NCBI GenBank assembly: GCA_028534125.1
Contig: CM052817.1
Coordinates: 32,180,001-32,244,000, forward strand
Origin: Lama glama
Taxonomy: Eukaryota
Direction of reading: 5' to 3'
DNA length: 64,000 nucleotides
Below, one piece after another: positions 39,591-53,203 of this stretch. A program made the position numbers and the translations under genes. Numbering within the stretch: position 1 is the stretch's first letter; each line of letters begins with the position of its first letter. The notes under the pieces were generated by a model that was given only the letters and a program-made list of their open reading frames with translations, did not search any database and was not told where the DNA came from.

Positions 39591-40825
39591 CTTTTTTATG
39601 TAGAGAATTTTTAAGTAATTCAAACATTACAGTGTCATATATAGGTCTCCAGGTTATTGACCGGTAGTAGACTTTGAGCTGAGATTGGAATGTCCAAGCC
39701 CAGGATTTGAACATATCTGTATGAGGCCTGGCCAGTATCCACCTTTGTTTCCAGGTGGTATGGCTACTTTTTTATAAAAGAAATACAAAGCCGATGGTTT
39801 GCAGTTTCAGTATCTTAATACCCTATGACCATTTTTTTAAAGCTCCGAATCTCTAATCAGCAATATATACAGATACTCTGGTGAATGTCTAGGTCATGAA
39901 TAAGTGCTCATTTAAGAAGAATTCTGTATTATTTTCTATGCTATGTAAATAAAAACCACATTTATAAATGTTTATGTATATAACTATTTAGACCATTTGT
40001 ATATAAATAAGGGATAAAAAAGTATATACTCATAATTTACTCTATCAAAATCATGGTTTTAAAGATACTGCCTCTCCCCTCCTCAAGTAGGGAGTATCTT
40101 GGTTCTCAGCCCCATGTCATCATGAAGTAAGGAGTCCCTGCGGAGGGTCCTTGCGTCGCAGGAGGAGGCCGCTGTGCTTGCTGCTTCATTTCTCCATGCT
40201 ATGCAGCATTTCCACAGTCCTAGGGCGTAATGAGAAGAGGGCAGAAGCCAGGGTTTCTCTGTATTTCTTTTCCCTGAGGTTTTGTTCCTGGAGGCTTGGA
40301 CATAATTTGATGTTTTTTTTAATTTGCTATAACGTTCCCTGGAGATGTCTGATATTGCCAGGTTCATCCTTAAACTGTGCTCTGTGCCCAGGCTGACCCG
40401 TATGACACAGGAGTCTGGAGAACTTAATGCAGAGGCACGAGTGAGATCTAGGGTCATCAGTGGAAGAAAGCACCATAGACATTTCTTGCTGTATCTCACA
40501 ATCGTTCTCTAGCTAGTTCTGGCTAGAGAGGTAGAAGGGAGTATATCAGATACTTGTTCTGTTCAGTTCTTACTAATTATTTGTTCGTCAAAGAAAAACC
40601 TGTATTAAGTGCTTACCATTTAATTCTATATTGGGTATGACTGTGTTTAAAGCTACAGTTATAAAAGCTGAAGCTTCCAAATGAAAGAAGTGAAATATTG
40701 TAAATATACATGAAATACCGATTGAATAGATGTCTGTTTAGGTAAAAGAATAAAAACTATTTGCTATTTAAAAAAACTCGGTATCTTTACTTTAAATAAC
40801 TTAAAACTCCTTTCTCAATTTCTAG

Positions 40826-40917
40826 CATGTATAGAAAATACGATTCAACTAGAATAAAGACCGAAGAAGAAGCCTTTTCAAGTAAGAGGTGCTTAGAATG
40901 GTTCTATGAATATGCAG
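40826..40917 (+). CDS. DCUN1D4: DCUN1D4 exon 5, 92 nt ([30 protein letters not shown](G))
   Basis: Acceptor ctttctcaatttctag|C; donor CAG|gtaggt. Confidence 0.96.
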
Positions 40918-43900
40918 GTAGGTAATCATTTACATCATCTAAGATTGAGCTTCATAAAAAGAAGGAGATTAAAGAATAAAAACTGAGTACTTTTCGAATT
41001 CAGGGTGTGTGTGTGTGTTTCTGCCTGTGCCTGTTTTTGGGAGAGAACACAGTTGAAACAAATCACCAAATATCCTATTTATAGCCAGTAGCTAAGCCAA
41101 AGAATTCAGAACACTAGAAGGGAACTGAAAAGACGAAATGTACTTGGGAGAAATACTTTGGATTGCTAGGAAACCTATTGAGCATGCTGGTAAAGGGTGA
41201 TTATTTGGTTTACGCATCAAAGTTAAAATGAGCTTTGCTGCTTTGAACCTTTGTGCAGCACAGTGGAATTTCTTATATTAAGTGTTTCTGTTTTGAAAGA
41301 TCATTTGGCAGACAGTGTTTGTTTTGTCATTTAAAATGCCTTAAATCCGATCCCATTTTTGCAACTTACTATAATTGGTTGGATAATGTAATACTGAAAT
41401 AAAGGATTTGTTTTTGTGGCTGCGTATGGTGTAAAAAAGGGGAAAAGAAAAATTTTCAGACAAGTTTGAGCTGAGGGCTCTTTTACCTTTCCTCCTCCCC
41501 ACGGTGTTTCTGGCCCTGTCATAACCTGTCATCTTGAATATTCCGTCTCTTCTTCCAGCCAGGATCTATTTGCTTCCTATTGTCTTGTTTAAAAAACAAT
41601 AAACTGAACAGATCATGCCTGTCATTCTCTAACAGTCCACTGCACCCTTGCCCCCCACTTAAAAAAATTCCTGCTACCTGTAGGATGAAAGACAGCTAAC
41701 ATGATGCTGTCCCTTTGCCTCGAGTGTTTGTCTCCCCTTATCCATCTGACAAATTGCTATGCATCTTTTACCTTAATTAGCTTAATAGCCTTCCTTTTAC
41801 TTATACAGGAAAGATACTATTCATACCTGGTTTTGCTGGGTATCAAAACAAGGATTACTCCTAGGGCCAGTGTTTTCCTCTATCCCTACCCTACCCTTTT
41901 TTTGATAAAAGTCTTGCCCCTTTGGTCACAGAGCTGTTCCAGGGGCTGGTGGATAAACCAGGTAGGGACAATCAGATACAATTGTCTGTGGTTTTCAGGC
42001 TGAAGCTGGGAGAGGAACATTTTTCTCCTCTGGTGGTAGGCTTGAAAGGATGTGATCCTGAGTCCTGTAGTTCTTTGGATTTTTGTGAGCCATCCCAGTG
42101 TCTTTCTAGTGAATTCTCTTTCATTACTTGAACTAGTTTGAGCTGGATTTTGTTGGCAGGTCATGACAACATAGTACAAACGCTTATATAGTATTAGAAT
42201 TTATTGTTTTCATGCTTAGGTCCTGAGAACATGAATGTCTTGAAGGCATTGGTACTCCCAGTGAATGTGGTCGGCATGTTGCCAGGTTCTCAGTGCTTGG
42301 GGGCTTAATGAGTGGAGAGTTTCCTTGTATTCGTGTCACTTTGATTATGAAGATCTCTTGCTTTCTTATATTGGTCCACATTTATTGTTATGTAATGTAT
42401 TATAAAAAGGAAAGTTTAAACAGAGAAAAAGTGTACGTAATCCCACTACCATAGCACAGCTATTTTGACTTTTTTGTGTGTCTTCCTTTATAAGCAAATA
42501 TAAAATTTTCCATAGTAAAAGCCACACTTCTGTTTCCTTTGAAAAGGAAGCAGGCTACAGTTTTCCTTCTTGTTTGCTTTTCTCTAGCTCAGAAAGGTGA
42601 CATTTAGGACAAAGATTAAGCCACATTCTTTAGGCTCCTTGAGGTCCCTGTGAGGTGGTTCCTTGTGGTTTCATCACTGCAAGAAGTTTCTGTGGGTGTG
42701 ACTATCCATGTTTTTATTAACCACCCACCCTTCTTTTGCTTCTTTTCTTTATATCTTATTGGTAGGGAAAATGGCTTGAAATTGGGAATTAAAAGCCCCA
42801 ACTAGCACCTGCTTTCATTTTTAATATCCCAACCACATGAATAAACACTGTAGATCAGTATTATTCAAGAAAAACGAATGGTGAGATGTCCCAGGAAGGC
42901 AGACAGGTTGTGCTCTGGGCGAGCGTGTGGTAGCAGGCGATGAGGCCACGGCCCCCGATGCTCGGGCGAGGGGCCTGTCCCACTGTGCTGTTCGCATGCT
43001 CCCTTGGAGAGAGCCACCTGGCTTTGGCTGCCTCCCTGCAGTGCACCCGGAGTGGAGTGGAGGGTGGGAGGGGCCTCGGTGGTGTCGTTGTTCTACATGG
43101 GCGGACCTTAGTTCTTCCCAGAGTTCTCAGTTCCACCCCTCACCTCAGCCTCTGCCCTCTGCGCTCTGCGGCTCCTGCAGCCTGAGCCCAGCTCCTCCCA
43201 GCTCCTGCCTGGCCAGTTAGCCCCACGCGTTCTATGACGCAGCCTCTCACCTTTTTAAATCCCTCTCAACTTAATTTCTAATTATCAGAAATTTAATACA
43301 TGTAACCTGCTCCACTGGGGCTCTGGTCCTGCTCTCTGTGGTTGTAGGTTTACTCTCTTTCGTACTTTGGTTCTCTGTGACTTTAGAAAGGATTGGCAGA
43401 GGGAGTGTGTTGTTTAGACCTTCATCTGAAAGTGGAATCCAGTTTCTTTCCATTGCATAAAAAGTTTTACGTAAATGATCTATCTAACAAATTCTTTCCA
43501 AAATATATCTAGGAATAAGAGGTTAGGCCAAATATACAAGTGCCAACATTGATTTCAGAGCCACACTAAAGTTCACACGTGTTGGTTGTAAAAGTTCTGC
43601 GAGTCCTGACTGTGGGCTCTTCCTCTCTCCTTTGGATTAGGTTCTAGCAGAAGTGTTCACTGAAATGAGATTAGGGACCAGGAGCAGGTGCTCAGTGGCA
43701 AAGTGGTCTGTCAGTGAAGGAGACGGCATGGCCTGTTTGCTTCAGTGGTGCACCATGGTGTAATTACGGAAACTACCATGAGGGTCTTGGGCCATCACAA
43801 AAAGCTTAAATATATTTAGTGAGGGGCCCCTGCTTGAAATGTCAGTGGGAGTGGGAGGACCACTTTTTTTGAGATTATTTTTGGTGCATCCACTTTCCAA

Positions 43901-44719
43901 ATATACCTCCAGTATCTTGTCACCAGGGCATTCTATAGCTTATTATTTCAGATATAACTTTTTTAAACCATCTCCCTCAAACCTCACTTTTAATCCACTT
44001 TGTGTTAGCCAGTGGCATATTTATTAGATTAAGATTGCTCAATTCTGCAGGTGAATTGATAAATCTAGTGTAAACACATCCATACTCTCAGTGAACAGCG
44101 TGATTACGACTAGATCTAAATGTGTGCTCAGGAAAGATAATGAGAACAAAGGGAACGCTGTGGTAGATGGCAGGATTACGGGCAGCCTGTAAGTGATGTT
44201 GACCGATGAGCTGTATTAACATATTTAGGGTAAAATATTAAAGTAGTATGAGTCATGCCATTGCAGATCACCCTGTTAAAGCCTTATTCTTTTAAAACAC
44301 ACAGATGCAAGTGTATATAAGCAGTATGACAATGGCATTGCATAAAAGGTGGGAAGAAGAACAAAAGGGGTAACTTGGCATCACCACTGCCCAGCACACC
44401 TCAGCAGACCTTTGTGGGCTCGCTGCGTGCCAGACTCTGGGGTGTGGATGACGGAAGCACTGTGCTTGGAGCTCATTTTCTAGTGTGGCAGGCAGACAGA
44501 CAGACAGACCAACCAATGGAGGAACGTCGTCCTTGCAATGAGCATTCACCCGGAGAGGAGGCCGGGTTGCTCAGAGACCCTCAGGCCTTGAGCACAGCCA
44601 GCAGGTAGGGCAGGTGGCTTGCTAGACTCAAGAATAGTTTGCAGTGAAGATGAAGAATAGAAACCAAAGACAAGATTATGAAGTACCTTTTTTTTCCTCC
44701 GCTCTATGCAGCCACGTCC

Positions 44720-45480
44720 CAAGAAGTCCCATCAGTATATACCAAAGAGGCACCTGTTCCTAAAAACAGAACTTCCTAGCAAAATAGGAATAGATGAATA
44801 CTCTCATCTGAGGATAATGATTCTTTAATCTCACTGAGTACTTTATAGGAGTGGATTGAGGAGAACTATGAAACGTGGATACACATGGTCAGCTACAGTG
44901 AGTGATGCAAAGTGTGTCAGCCAGGTGTTCTCGCAAGAGGGTTATCAGGCATGTAGTGGACAGAGCAGGGTGAAGATTTGGTAGGTACAGCACGAACCCA
45001 TGTGTGCAGATAGACAAATCCAGAACTGCATTTCATTGTGTTTTTGCACATGCATAAATACATAGCAGAAAGGTCTGGGGGGCTATATGCCTAAACGGTG
45101 AGGAAGGGGAGAAGGCAGTCTCTCTGTTTACTCCACTTTACTTGGACTTCTTTGTTTGAACATTTCACCGTGTGAATGTATGCATGTATGGTTTGTGTAA
45201 TTTACAGGAGTGTTCACTTGTGGGCGTGCACACTCTCAGCCTCAAATGGTGAAGTGCTGACTAATCCCATTTGAGTCAAGAATGAGATAAGGATGCCACT
45301 CTCACTTTCTTATTTGCCATTGTTTTGGAAGTTATTAACTAGTGCTGCTAGATGAGAGAAAAAGAAGGGGCATAAATATAGGAAAGGAGGTGGCAAAAAT
45401 GATCATTGTTGAAGATAAAATGATTGAATTATTGTACCTGGAAGGTCAAAGAAAATTGCGTGAAAAACGTAGAAACTAGT
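44720..45480 (+). mobile_element. Ancient L1 fragments including an ORF2 RT-region remnant
   Basis: agataaggatgccactctcac...attgttttggaagt...gaaaggaggtggcaaaa...atgattg resembles the L1 RQGCPLS...DDMI region. Confidence 0.55.
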
Positions 45481-46259
45481 ATCTATTTCATGCATGTAGG
45501 ATTCTGTAAAATGCCTTATTTGGGGAAGGGTTCTTCAGGAAACTCTTTCATAAATAGTTGTCTCTGGGGAGTAGGGAGAGGTTAGAGGGGAAACCTTTGC
45601 TTTTTTAAACATTTTGATTTTTAATTTTACTTTTAAGTGAAATTTTGTGTGATGTTCATGGATTAATGTTGCCCCAAAAAGCCAAATTAAAAATTAAATA
45701 TGCTTTTTTATTTGATTTTCCCGTAATAATCAAGGAAAGGAAATTAAGAATATCTAGAAAAACATGTCAAATAAAAGGAGGAAAAACAAAGTACTGGAAA
45801 AAAGTAACAGATTTGGATATGTCAAACAAAATTTTTTATAACAAAGTAGCCCATTTGTGATTAAAAGAAAATAGCACATGCAGAAAAAGTATTTGCTCTG
45901 GCCAGATTAAGAGGAAGAGCTGAGTTTTGACTTTAGGGGGAGCTAAAATTGGAAGCAGAGACATGACACAAGTCTTAACAACCTGCACCCAAGGTGATTT
46001 TAATATTCATCCTTCCTTGAGAACAACCGTTTATACTTCTATTGTGATTGAGTTATTACTTTGTATAGAAATTACTCTTAAGCTTTCCTGGAAGTCAGGG
46101 ATCATGTATCATTCCTCTTTCGCCACTTTGACAGGGCATAGTTCCAGGGTGTGCCCAGCACATATTGTCTGAATGAAACTAAGACGTTTTAAGATGGTGG
46201 GTCCTGCTGGACTTGGCGACTGACTAGATCTAGATGCTGTGGAGGACTGTAGAGTGATT

Positions 46260-47700
46260 CTGGTATTCATTCATTCATTCATTCATTCAGTGAACTTTAT
46301 TGAGCAACTACTTTGTGCCAGGCGGTATGCTTACACTGTAAGCTATAGAACAAATAGCCCTTAATCTTGAAGAACTTAGAAGGAAAGACAGGTGAGCTGG
46401 GACTTAAAGCAAATGCAAGAAAAGCACTCCTAGCATTCCAGGGGGTCAGGAGAACTGCCTGGCCCAGCCTCTGCTGGAGGTGGTGGGAAATAGCAAGGAC
46501 TGCCTGTCTGGTTCCAGTCTTAAAGATGGAAGGAGCTTACATAGGAAGGTGGGGGTCACGTGGCTGAAGCCACAGAGAGTAGTCTGGTGTTGGGTGTGTG
46601 TCAGGATGTGTGTGCAAGCAAACCATGGGTAGTTTCTGGATCTTCATTTTTCATTAAGCAATATTTATTTGATGGATTTGTTTCCCAGAAACTAGTTTAA
46701 AGGTGGAAAGCCCTCAGGCTGATGAGGAAGGGAGGCAGTACATCATCGAGAACTTTATTTGATACGCCGGAGACTTTGGACTTCATCCATAGGTGGTAGG
46801 GAGCATCGAAGGATTTTAAGCCAGGATGGGGTTTGTGTTTGAGATTGCCCTTCTAGGTGACTGTGTGCAGGATGGATCAGAGGGGGATGGAGCTCTGGAA
46901 TTAGGGTCATCCTGAGGAGACTGCTGGGGTCATCTGAGGGAGAGAATGATGTCTGGACAGGTCAGGGCCCAACAGGTGCAGTTAAGAAATATTTGGGAAG
47001 TAAAATTGGTGGCACACTGGATAATTGATTGACTCTGCAGAATGTAGGAGAAAGGAGGACTCCAGGATGACGCCCGGGTTTCTATTTCTGGCGGTGCCCC
47101 CAGCTGAGACAAGACAGGAGGATAATCTCACAGGTTTCGCGAGGAGAGATGATCAGCTCAGTGCGGTGGTGGTTGCAAATGTGAAATGCAGGAGAAGCAG
47201 ATTTGGGGCAGAAGGTGCGTTTAGTTGTGGCAGTTAAACAGGAGGTGGGAAGCCAGACGGCGATGTAGTAGACAGTCCAGAAGTAAGTGGGGGAGAGATC
47301 TGAAACCTCGGGTGCAGGGGGAGTTTCCTACTAGAGTGGGCCAGAAGAGGTTTCCGCACGGAACTCTGCACGTCGGGTTCAATATGTTGAAGAAGCAAAG
47401 AGAAGCCAGAAGAGGAGAGAGACAGGGCCCTTCCAGAGTCGTGGGAGGGGACAGTTGTGTGAAGAAAGAACTGCTTCACAATTTTCGGATATCACAGAGA
47501 AGTCAAATAAAACGAAGATTGACTGTCCACTAGATTTGGTGATTAGAAGCTTACCAGTGACCTAGACAGGAAGAGATTCATAGAGAGATAGGAGCAAACC
47601 CAGACCGTAGGGTTGGAGAGTGAACAGAGCTACGGTAGAGATGGGACGTGTGGGCAGTTCTTTCAGGAAGAAGCGGAGCTAACGGAGTGGGGAGAAAGGG
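46260..47700 (-). mobile_element. L2 LINE with (ATTC)n tail
   Basis: attcattcattcattcattcattcagtgaactttattgagcaactactttgtgccagg, followed by purine-rich L2 body. Confidence 0.75.
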
Positions 47701-48182
47701 TTTATTTTCTTCTCCAGAACAGAAAGACTGCTGGCTTTTTTTTTTTCCTGTGTAAAAGAAACAACTGCTATTTCCCAATTAATTTTATAAAGAATATTAG
47801 GTGGTTCTTTGCTGTGTTTCCAAAAATTATTGTATGTATTGAAATAAGAATAGAGATTTAACCTACATTAAAGAACAGGAACTGAATTCATGTAACCGTA
47901 TCTTTAGACATAAATTATATGTACATATATCCATAGGTTGAGGGACTTGGTGAATTGAATTGACTTAAATGATTGTGCAGAGCAGGGTCCTTTAAAGAGA
48001 GCTGAAATTCCAGAATATTTTTCAAATTGGTGATTTCTTTCTTCAGAGAAGATTTATGGTCTTTAAGCATTATTTGATCTGACTTGACTTTAATAGTAAA
48101 TATTCGGACAGTATACTACTACTACAATAGTAATAGTGTACGTGGTTAGATTTAATTTATATGAGATTGCATTTCATCACAG

Positions 48183-48253
48183 GTACTGATGATGTTGTAG
48201 GTCCTGAAGGCATGGAGAAATTTTGTGAAGACATTGGTGTCGAACCAGAAAAT
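48183..48253 (+). CDS. DCUN1D4: DCUN1D4 exon 6, 71 nt ([23 protein letters not shown])
   Basis: Acceptor tttcatcacag|GT; donor AAT|gtaagt; DCN1-family [13 protein letters not shown] motif. Confidence 0.96.
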
Positions 48254-49622
48254 GTAAGTCTAACTTACCAAGTTGGGCAATCAGTTGATCTGATTTTGTC
48301 CCTCAGCAAATAAAGCAACAATAAAGAAGTAATGATGTGTTAGTTTTTATGAGGCAATCTAAGAAGTAAGTTCCAATTCTAACTTGATTTGCAAGCAGAG
48401 TTTTTTGTTGCAATTGATATGGTGTAACTACAGTCGGTCATTTTTCCCTCTCATTTAATTTCTTGTCTCTAAAAGGTTTAGTAATAAAGTAATTAAACTA
48501 GATGTTTAAAAAGCAGTATGGGCATGTGTACCTACAGTGACAGATCAGCGGGGGCACCGACGGTGTTGTATATCTTTGTCCCCCTCTGTAGTTGTTCCAG
48601 CCTCATGTAGAGTTTGTACAGGACTTTGAATAAATTATTCCTTCATAAGGGTTTTGAGTAGGTTGTAATTATCAAGAATTTCTCACAGCTCTTTTACTTC
48701 CAATTGAATTTAGCTCAGAAAGTGATTGCTTTTTTAAAAGCCCTAAGTATTTCCTTTAAAAAATTTAATTTGAAGTTTTTTATATGCTTCATTGTTTTTG
48801 CCTAATTCTTATCATCATGTTATTGTTGAATTTTTTTCCTATTCCCACATCTTCTCTCTTACTCTAAAATGAAAAATTAGACAAATGCCCTGACTCATTA
48901 ACTATGCAGTTTAATTTACATCAGCCTCCAATTTAACAAATGCGTCTTAGATCCTAAATGAATTTGTGATTCCGGAAGAGATCTCAAGGGATCATCCCTT
49001 CATTCACACTGTCGGCAGGGTATCTGGGGCCCATGCATATACGTCACGCTCTTCTTTAAGACCTCACACTTTTTTCTTAAAAAATTTCTTGTTACCATTT
49101 CTATGCTTCCGTCCTCCCCCGCTTGCCCCCAGTAACACTTTAAACTTTCTAAAGAGCCTTTGGACCGTCTTTAATTTACTACATGGATTTTTGTCTTGTA
49201 TTTTTAATTTTAATGTGATCTAGTTCAGGTATCTTGATAAATTATTCAGTTTGGTCTGCAAAGGTTTAGGGACAACTGGGTCGGTAGTGTTTTGCTTGAT
49301 CTGGTCCATAGACTAGTCCTAGACAGACAAGAACATGCCGCTGACTTTCAGAAGGAAGTGTTCAGACGGGGGCCTGGCCAAAGTCGGCAGTGTCTTCCGG
49401 ACAGGAGTGCAAGAGAGGTGAGGGTGAGCCGGGCCTGAGAGGAGGTCCAGAGGGTCCACCAGGGGACAGTGATCGGCGATGATCAGAGGGGTGGGCAGCG
49501 GGGCCAATGGGAAGAGACTGGGAGAGGGATGCGGGGGGCACTTACTCTCAGGGGCAGATTCTAACTGGGGGAAAAAGGGAGGCCTGGCCTTGAAAGTTCC
49601 TTACCCCAAGACACCAGTACTC

Positions 49623-49641
49623 AAAAAAAAAAAAAAAAAAA
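49623..49641 (+). repeat. Poly-A homopolymer (~19 nt)
   Basis: Direct read; no TSD or associated element found. Confidence 0.85.
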
Positions 49642-52258
49642 GCTGCCGTTATTATCCCTTTTTGGCAGTGGTGAGTCCTTTAGTGCTGTATTTCTGTAGG
49701 AATAGAAATAGTCTTGAAATGTTGAATCATGCTGAAGGCTGAAAGACTGAATTTAGATTATTATTCCAAAGTACTTATTACTGCACTTCAATTAGAAGAT
49801 GCCGCTAATAGAAGTTTTATTATTTTATATCATCACTAAAAAGGAAAAACGTTGCTGAATAAATTCTGATAAGCCATCAATTGTGGATACATCCCAGTTT
49901 CAGAAGTTGTTTGAAAACCAGCGCTGAAGTAGATTTTTAAAGGCTTGTCTGCATTGATGAGTAAGCACTTTAAAGTATTTAAAACCCTCACCTGGCCTGA
50001 TATTTATAGCTTATGAAATATAAGCAGGCTTGTAAAATTCAGGTCAGCTTTCATTTACTAAGGTAGCAGCAAAATCCTTTAAGTAATTAGCTTTCTTATT
50101 AGCTGTCCTGATATAAGATCTCTTTTGTGTAAAGAAATACCCGCTACAAATCTCTGCTTTGGCTGTTTGGCCGCATTTCATACATACTTGTGTGTATGTG
50201 TGTTCCTTTACCATAATCATTTGTTTTTAACTTAAGAAGTGTTTAATATGGAATTTTAAAACTTTCTAATAGAGGATTGAGTGTAGATACTGTTGGAGAA
50301 AATACCAAGTTTGAATTAGGAAATGTGGGTTAGTTCACTAGATAAGTTGATATACAGGAGTCAGAGTTCCAAGAAAAGCCGAGGGACGGGGAGAAAAGTC
50401 CTCTATGTGTGAAGAGTTTGAAGAACTTGTAACCTCTTCTTTTTGGGAAATTCTTCTTAGGCCATTGGTCTCTTTAAGTCACCATTTTTAACCTATTTAA
50501 CAATCATATTTTGTGATGTGCACAACATGTAGGAAAGTTGGTTCACTTATCAGTCCTAGTAATCTACCCAATAATTTAGATTTTTAAAGTCTAGAAAACC
50601 TAGTGACTTTAAAAAAAGATATGTACTGATTTAACTGATATTTGATGAACGGTCCTAGAGATTAGTGGGTTCTCACTGGTGTTAATTTCCAGCATAGAAA
50701 ATCATTAAGTCAGCATCAAGAGAAAGCTTTTTATTAATCTTCCAGTTATAAATTAGACAAAGCTTGAGAGTTTTAGTCTACAGACCAGCTTGTTGGCAGT
50801 TAAAAGGATAGACCTTCTGGATCTCCTGAATGCTGCTATTCTGGAGTTCGTAACGTGCCTGTTGGCTCTTGAGGCTAATTAAATCATCTAAAGTGATTTC
50901 TGAGTGGCTGCTCGCCTCATTTTTTCATGTTATATCAGCCGGATTCCTTTCACTAACACCATCAGCTGACCCAGTTGGGCACATGGGTTGTGGTTTAATG
51001 GTTTGGGGCAGTTCTTCTAGTAGTTGAAATGAAACCGTTAGGTCCAGTATAAAGAAATCGGATTAACTGCTAAATGCCAAGTATGCTAGTCTCTGGCCAG
51101 CTGTATTCCAGAAATATTTATTTTCTTCCCACTGCCTTTTTTTTTTTTTTAATAACAACGAATGGAGATACAGCCATTCAGCAGTGTAGACGTGATGTCC
51201 AACTTCGCATTTGGGTTCCCTTATGTATGAACAACCGTCCAGAGGTGATCAGCCCTGCAGAGTGGCAGGACTGGGAAGGCCCTGTCTTCTTCACCTCTCT
51301 AGGAGGGGCTCACTTCCTTTTTCAGTTACTCTTCATCTTATCCTGAGTCTTTGAGGTAGATGAGGTGAGAGGGCTTCCTCTTTCCCCGAATCTGGGACGG
51401 CCTCAGTCCTGTCCCTGTGCAGAGCCCTGGAGAGCTTGCAGCTGGAGGCGCCTTTGAAATGTCATTTTGTCTTTTATACCTCAGGTGTTTATTAAACTCA
51501 TCATCACTATCTTGGTGCCACCTTTTCCAAAGCAGCCAAGTGAAAAAGTGATGAGCAGTGCCAAAACCCAGAGTTGTCACCGTTCCTGATATCTGCAGAG
51601 TTTCAGAAGAGCCACTGAAAGTGAGGGCAGTGCCCCACTGAGAATTGTCTGGGCTGTCACTCACCCTGTGCCCGTTCCAGGACTGGTGCTGTTGAAGTGG
51701 AGTGTTAAGCTGCTTTAAAATAAAACCTCCCCCGTCACCCCCATCCCTATATAGGTAGTTGACTTCGCAAACATTGATGTGTTTGTGATACAGCTCCCTA
51801 CCGCCTGCCTTTTTGGTTCTGCACCTTGCTTTCTTCATTTTCACTTAACAGATCTTGGAAACTGTTCCATATTTGTGCGCATGGCTCCACTCATTTGTCT
51901 TGCTAGTGGCAGAGTACTATTTTGTATGGAATGTGTTTAGCAAAGAAGTATTTAAGAAGTCCTTTATTATTAGACGTTTGGTTGTTTTTAATCTTTTATG
52001 ACTACTAATAGTACTATAGTGAATATGGTTGAGTAGACATCTTTGTGTACCTGTGCTGGTGTGTCTATAAGTTTCCATTGGTGAAACTGCAGAGTCAGTA
52101 ATTGGCTTCCATTTGGGTAGATACTGCAGAATTGCCCTCGGGAGAATTGCCCCTTATACTTCCACCGTTATGCATCATAAGAGTTCATGTTTCTCCAAGC
52201 CCTTGTCAGTGGACTGAATTATCAAACTCTTGGATGTTTGCCAAACTGGAACTCATTT

Positions 52259-52385
52259 TTTGGGTGGGACCTCATTTTTATTTATTTGTTTGTTTGTTTG
52301 TTTGTTTATTTTTTAATGGAGGCACTGGGGATTGAACCGAGGACCTTATGCATGTACTGTACCACTGAGCTGTATCCTCCTCCCA
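52259..52385 (-). mobile_element. tRNA-derived SINE, camelid Vic-1-like
   Basis: Minus strand GGGAGGAGGATACAGCTCAGTGGTACAGTACATGCATAAGGTCCTCGGTTCAATCCCCAGTGCCTCCATT with A and B boxes, plus an A/(AAAC)n tail. 16-bp TSD aaactggaactcattt (52243-52258) / aaactagaactcattt (52386-52401). Confidence 0.85.
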
Positions 52386-52538
52386 AAACTAGAACTCATT
52401 TGTGAAGTTACCCTGTTCATGTTTCAGGGACTAAACTACCATGAACAGGAGCGTTTGGCATGGTATTCGTGTGTTTACTTGCTGAGCTCTGTCCTCCTGA
52501 TTTGATTGGTCTTTCTGTTTTGTTTTGTTTTTAAACAG

Positions 52539-52630
52539 GTAGTTATGCTTGTCCTAGCTTGGAAATTGGATGCACAAAACATGGGTTATTTTACTCTACA
52601 GGAATGGTTAAAAGGAATGACTTCTCTACA
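52539..52630 (+). CDS. DCUN1D4: DCUN1D4 exon 7, 92 nt ([30 protein letters not shown](Q))
   Basis: Acceptor ttttgtttttaaacag|GTA; donor ACA|gtaagt; DCN1-family LVLAWKL..MGYFT..EW..GM motif. Confidence 0.96.
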
Positions 52631-52878
52631 GTAAGTCCTGAGGCTGCACTGGGGCAGGCGGGCGGGGGTCTCCTCTCCCTGCTGGCTGCCTCCGCGCTGG
52701 GATCTCGGCGAGCCCTGGTTGGGTGACTGGAGGAAAGCCAGGTGCCGCGGGCAGGCTTCATCTGTGGCCAAAGGTGTAAAGACTAAGCCCCATTTTTATA
52801 CGATGAGGAGGGCTATTATGGATGAATTTTAGCAATTAAGGTCTTTATATAATGTATATTTATTTTAGTGTTCTAGAG

Positions 52879-53203
52879 CAGCTCGATAAAAATAGGCCAT
52901 CCTTTTCTCATATATGTGAGCCTCAAAGGTAATTTAAAATTTTCTAATAGCCACATTAAAAAGAAACAGGTAAAATTCATTTTAGTATATTTTATTTAAC
53001 CCACAACATCTAAAATATTATCATTCCAACATATAATCAATATTTTAAAAATCAGTGAGTTATTTTACCTTCTTTTTTCATATTAAAACTTCAAAATCCG
53101 GTGTGTATATTTTACATTTGCAGAGCACGTCAGTTTTCATTAGCTATGTTTCAGGTGCTCCATACCCACGTGTGTCTAGTGTCTTCTGTATCGGACTGCA
53201 CAG
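52879..53203. mobile_element. hAT-Charlie MER33-like MITE
   Basis: taatttaaaattttctaatagccacattaaaaagaaacagg...ttttatttaaccc...aaaatccggtgtgta; TSD ttctagag / gtttagag. Confidence 0.8.

Noticed and set aside
49320..49641. Processed pseudogene ending at the poly-A
   Set aside because: No TSD, no poly(A) signal and no recognisable ORF.
52315..52385. tRNA gene
   Set aside because: A and B boxes are present, but the apparent internal deletion, A-rich tail and TSD show it is a SINE.
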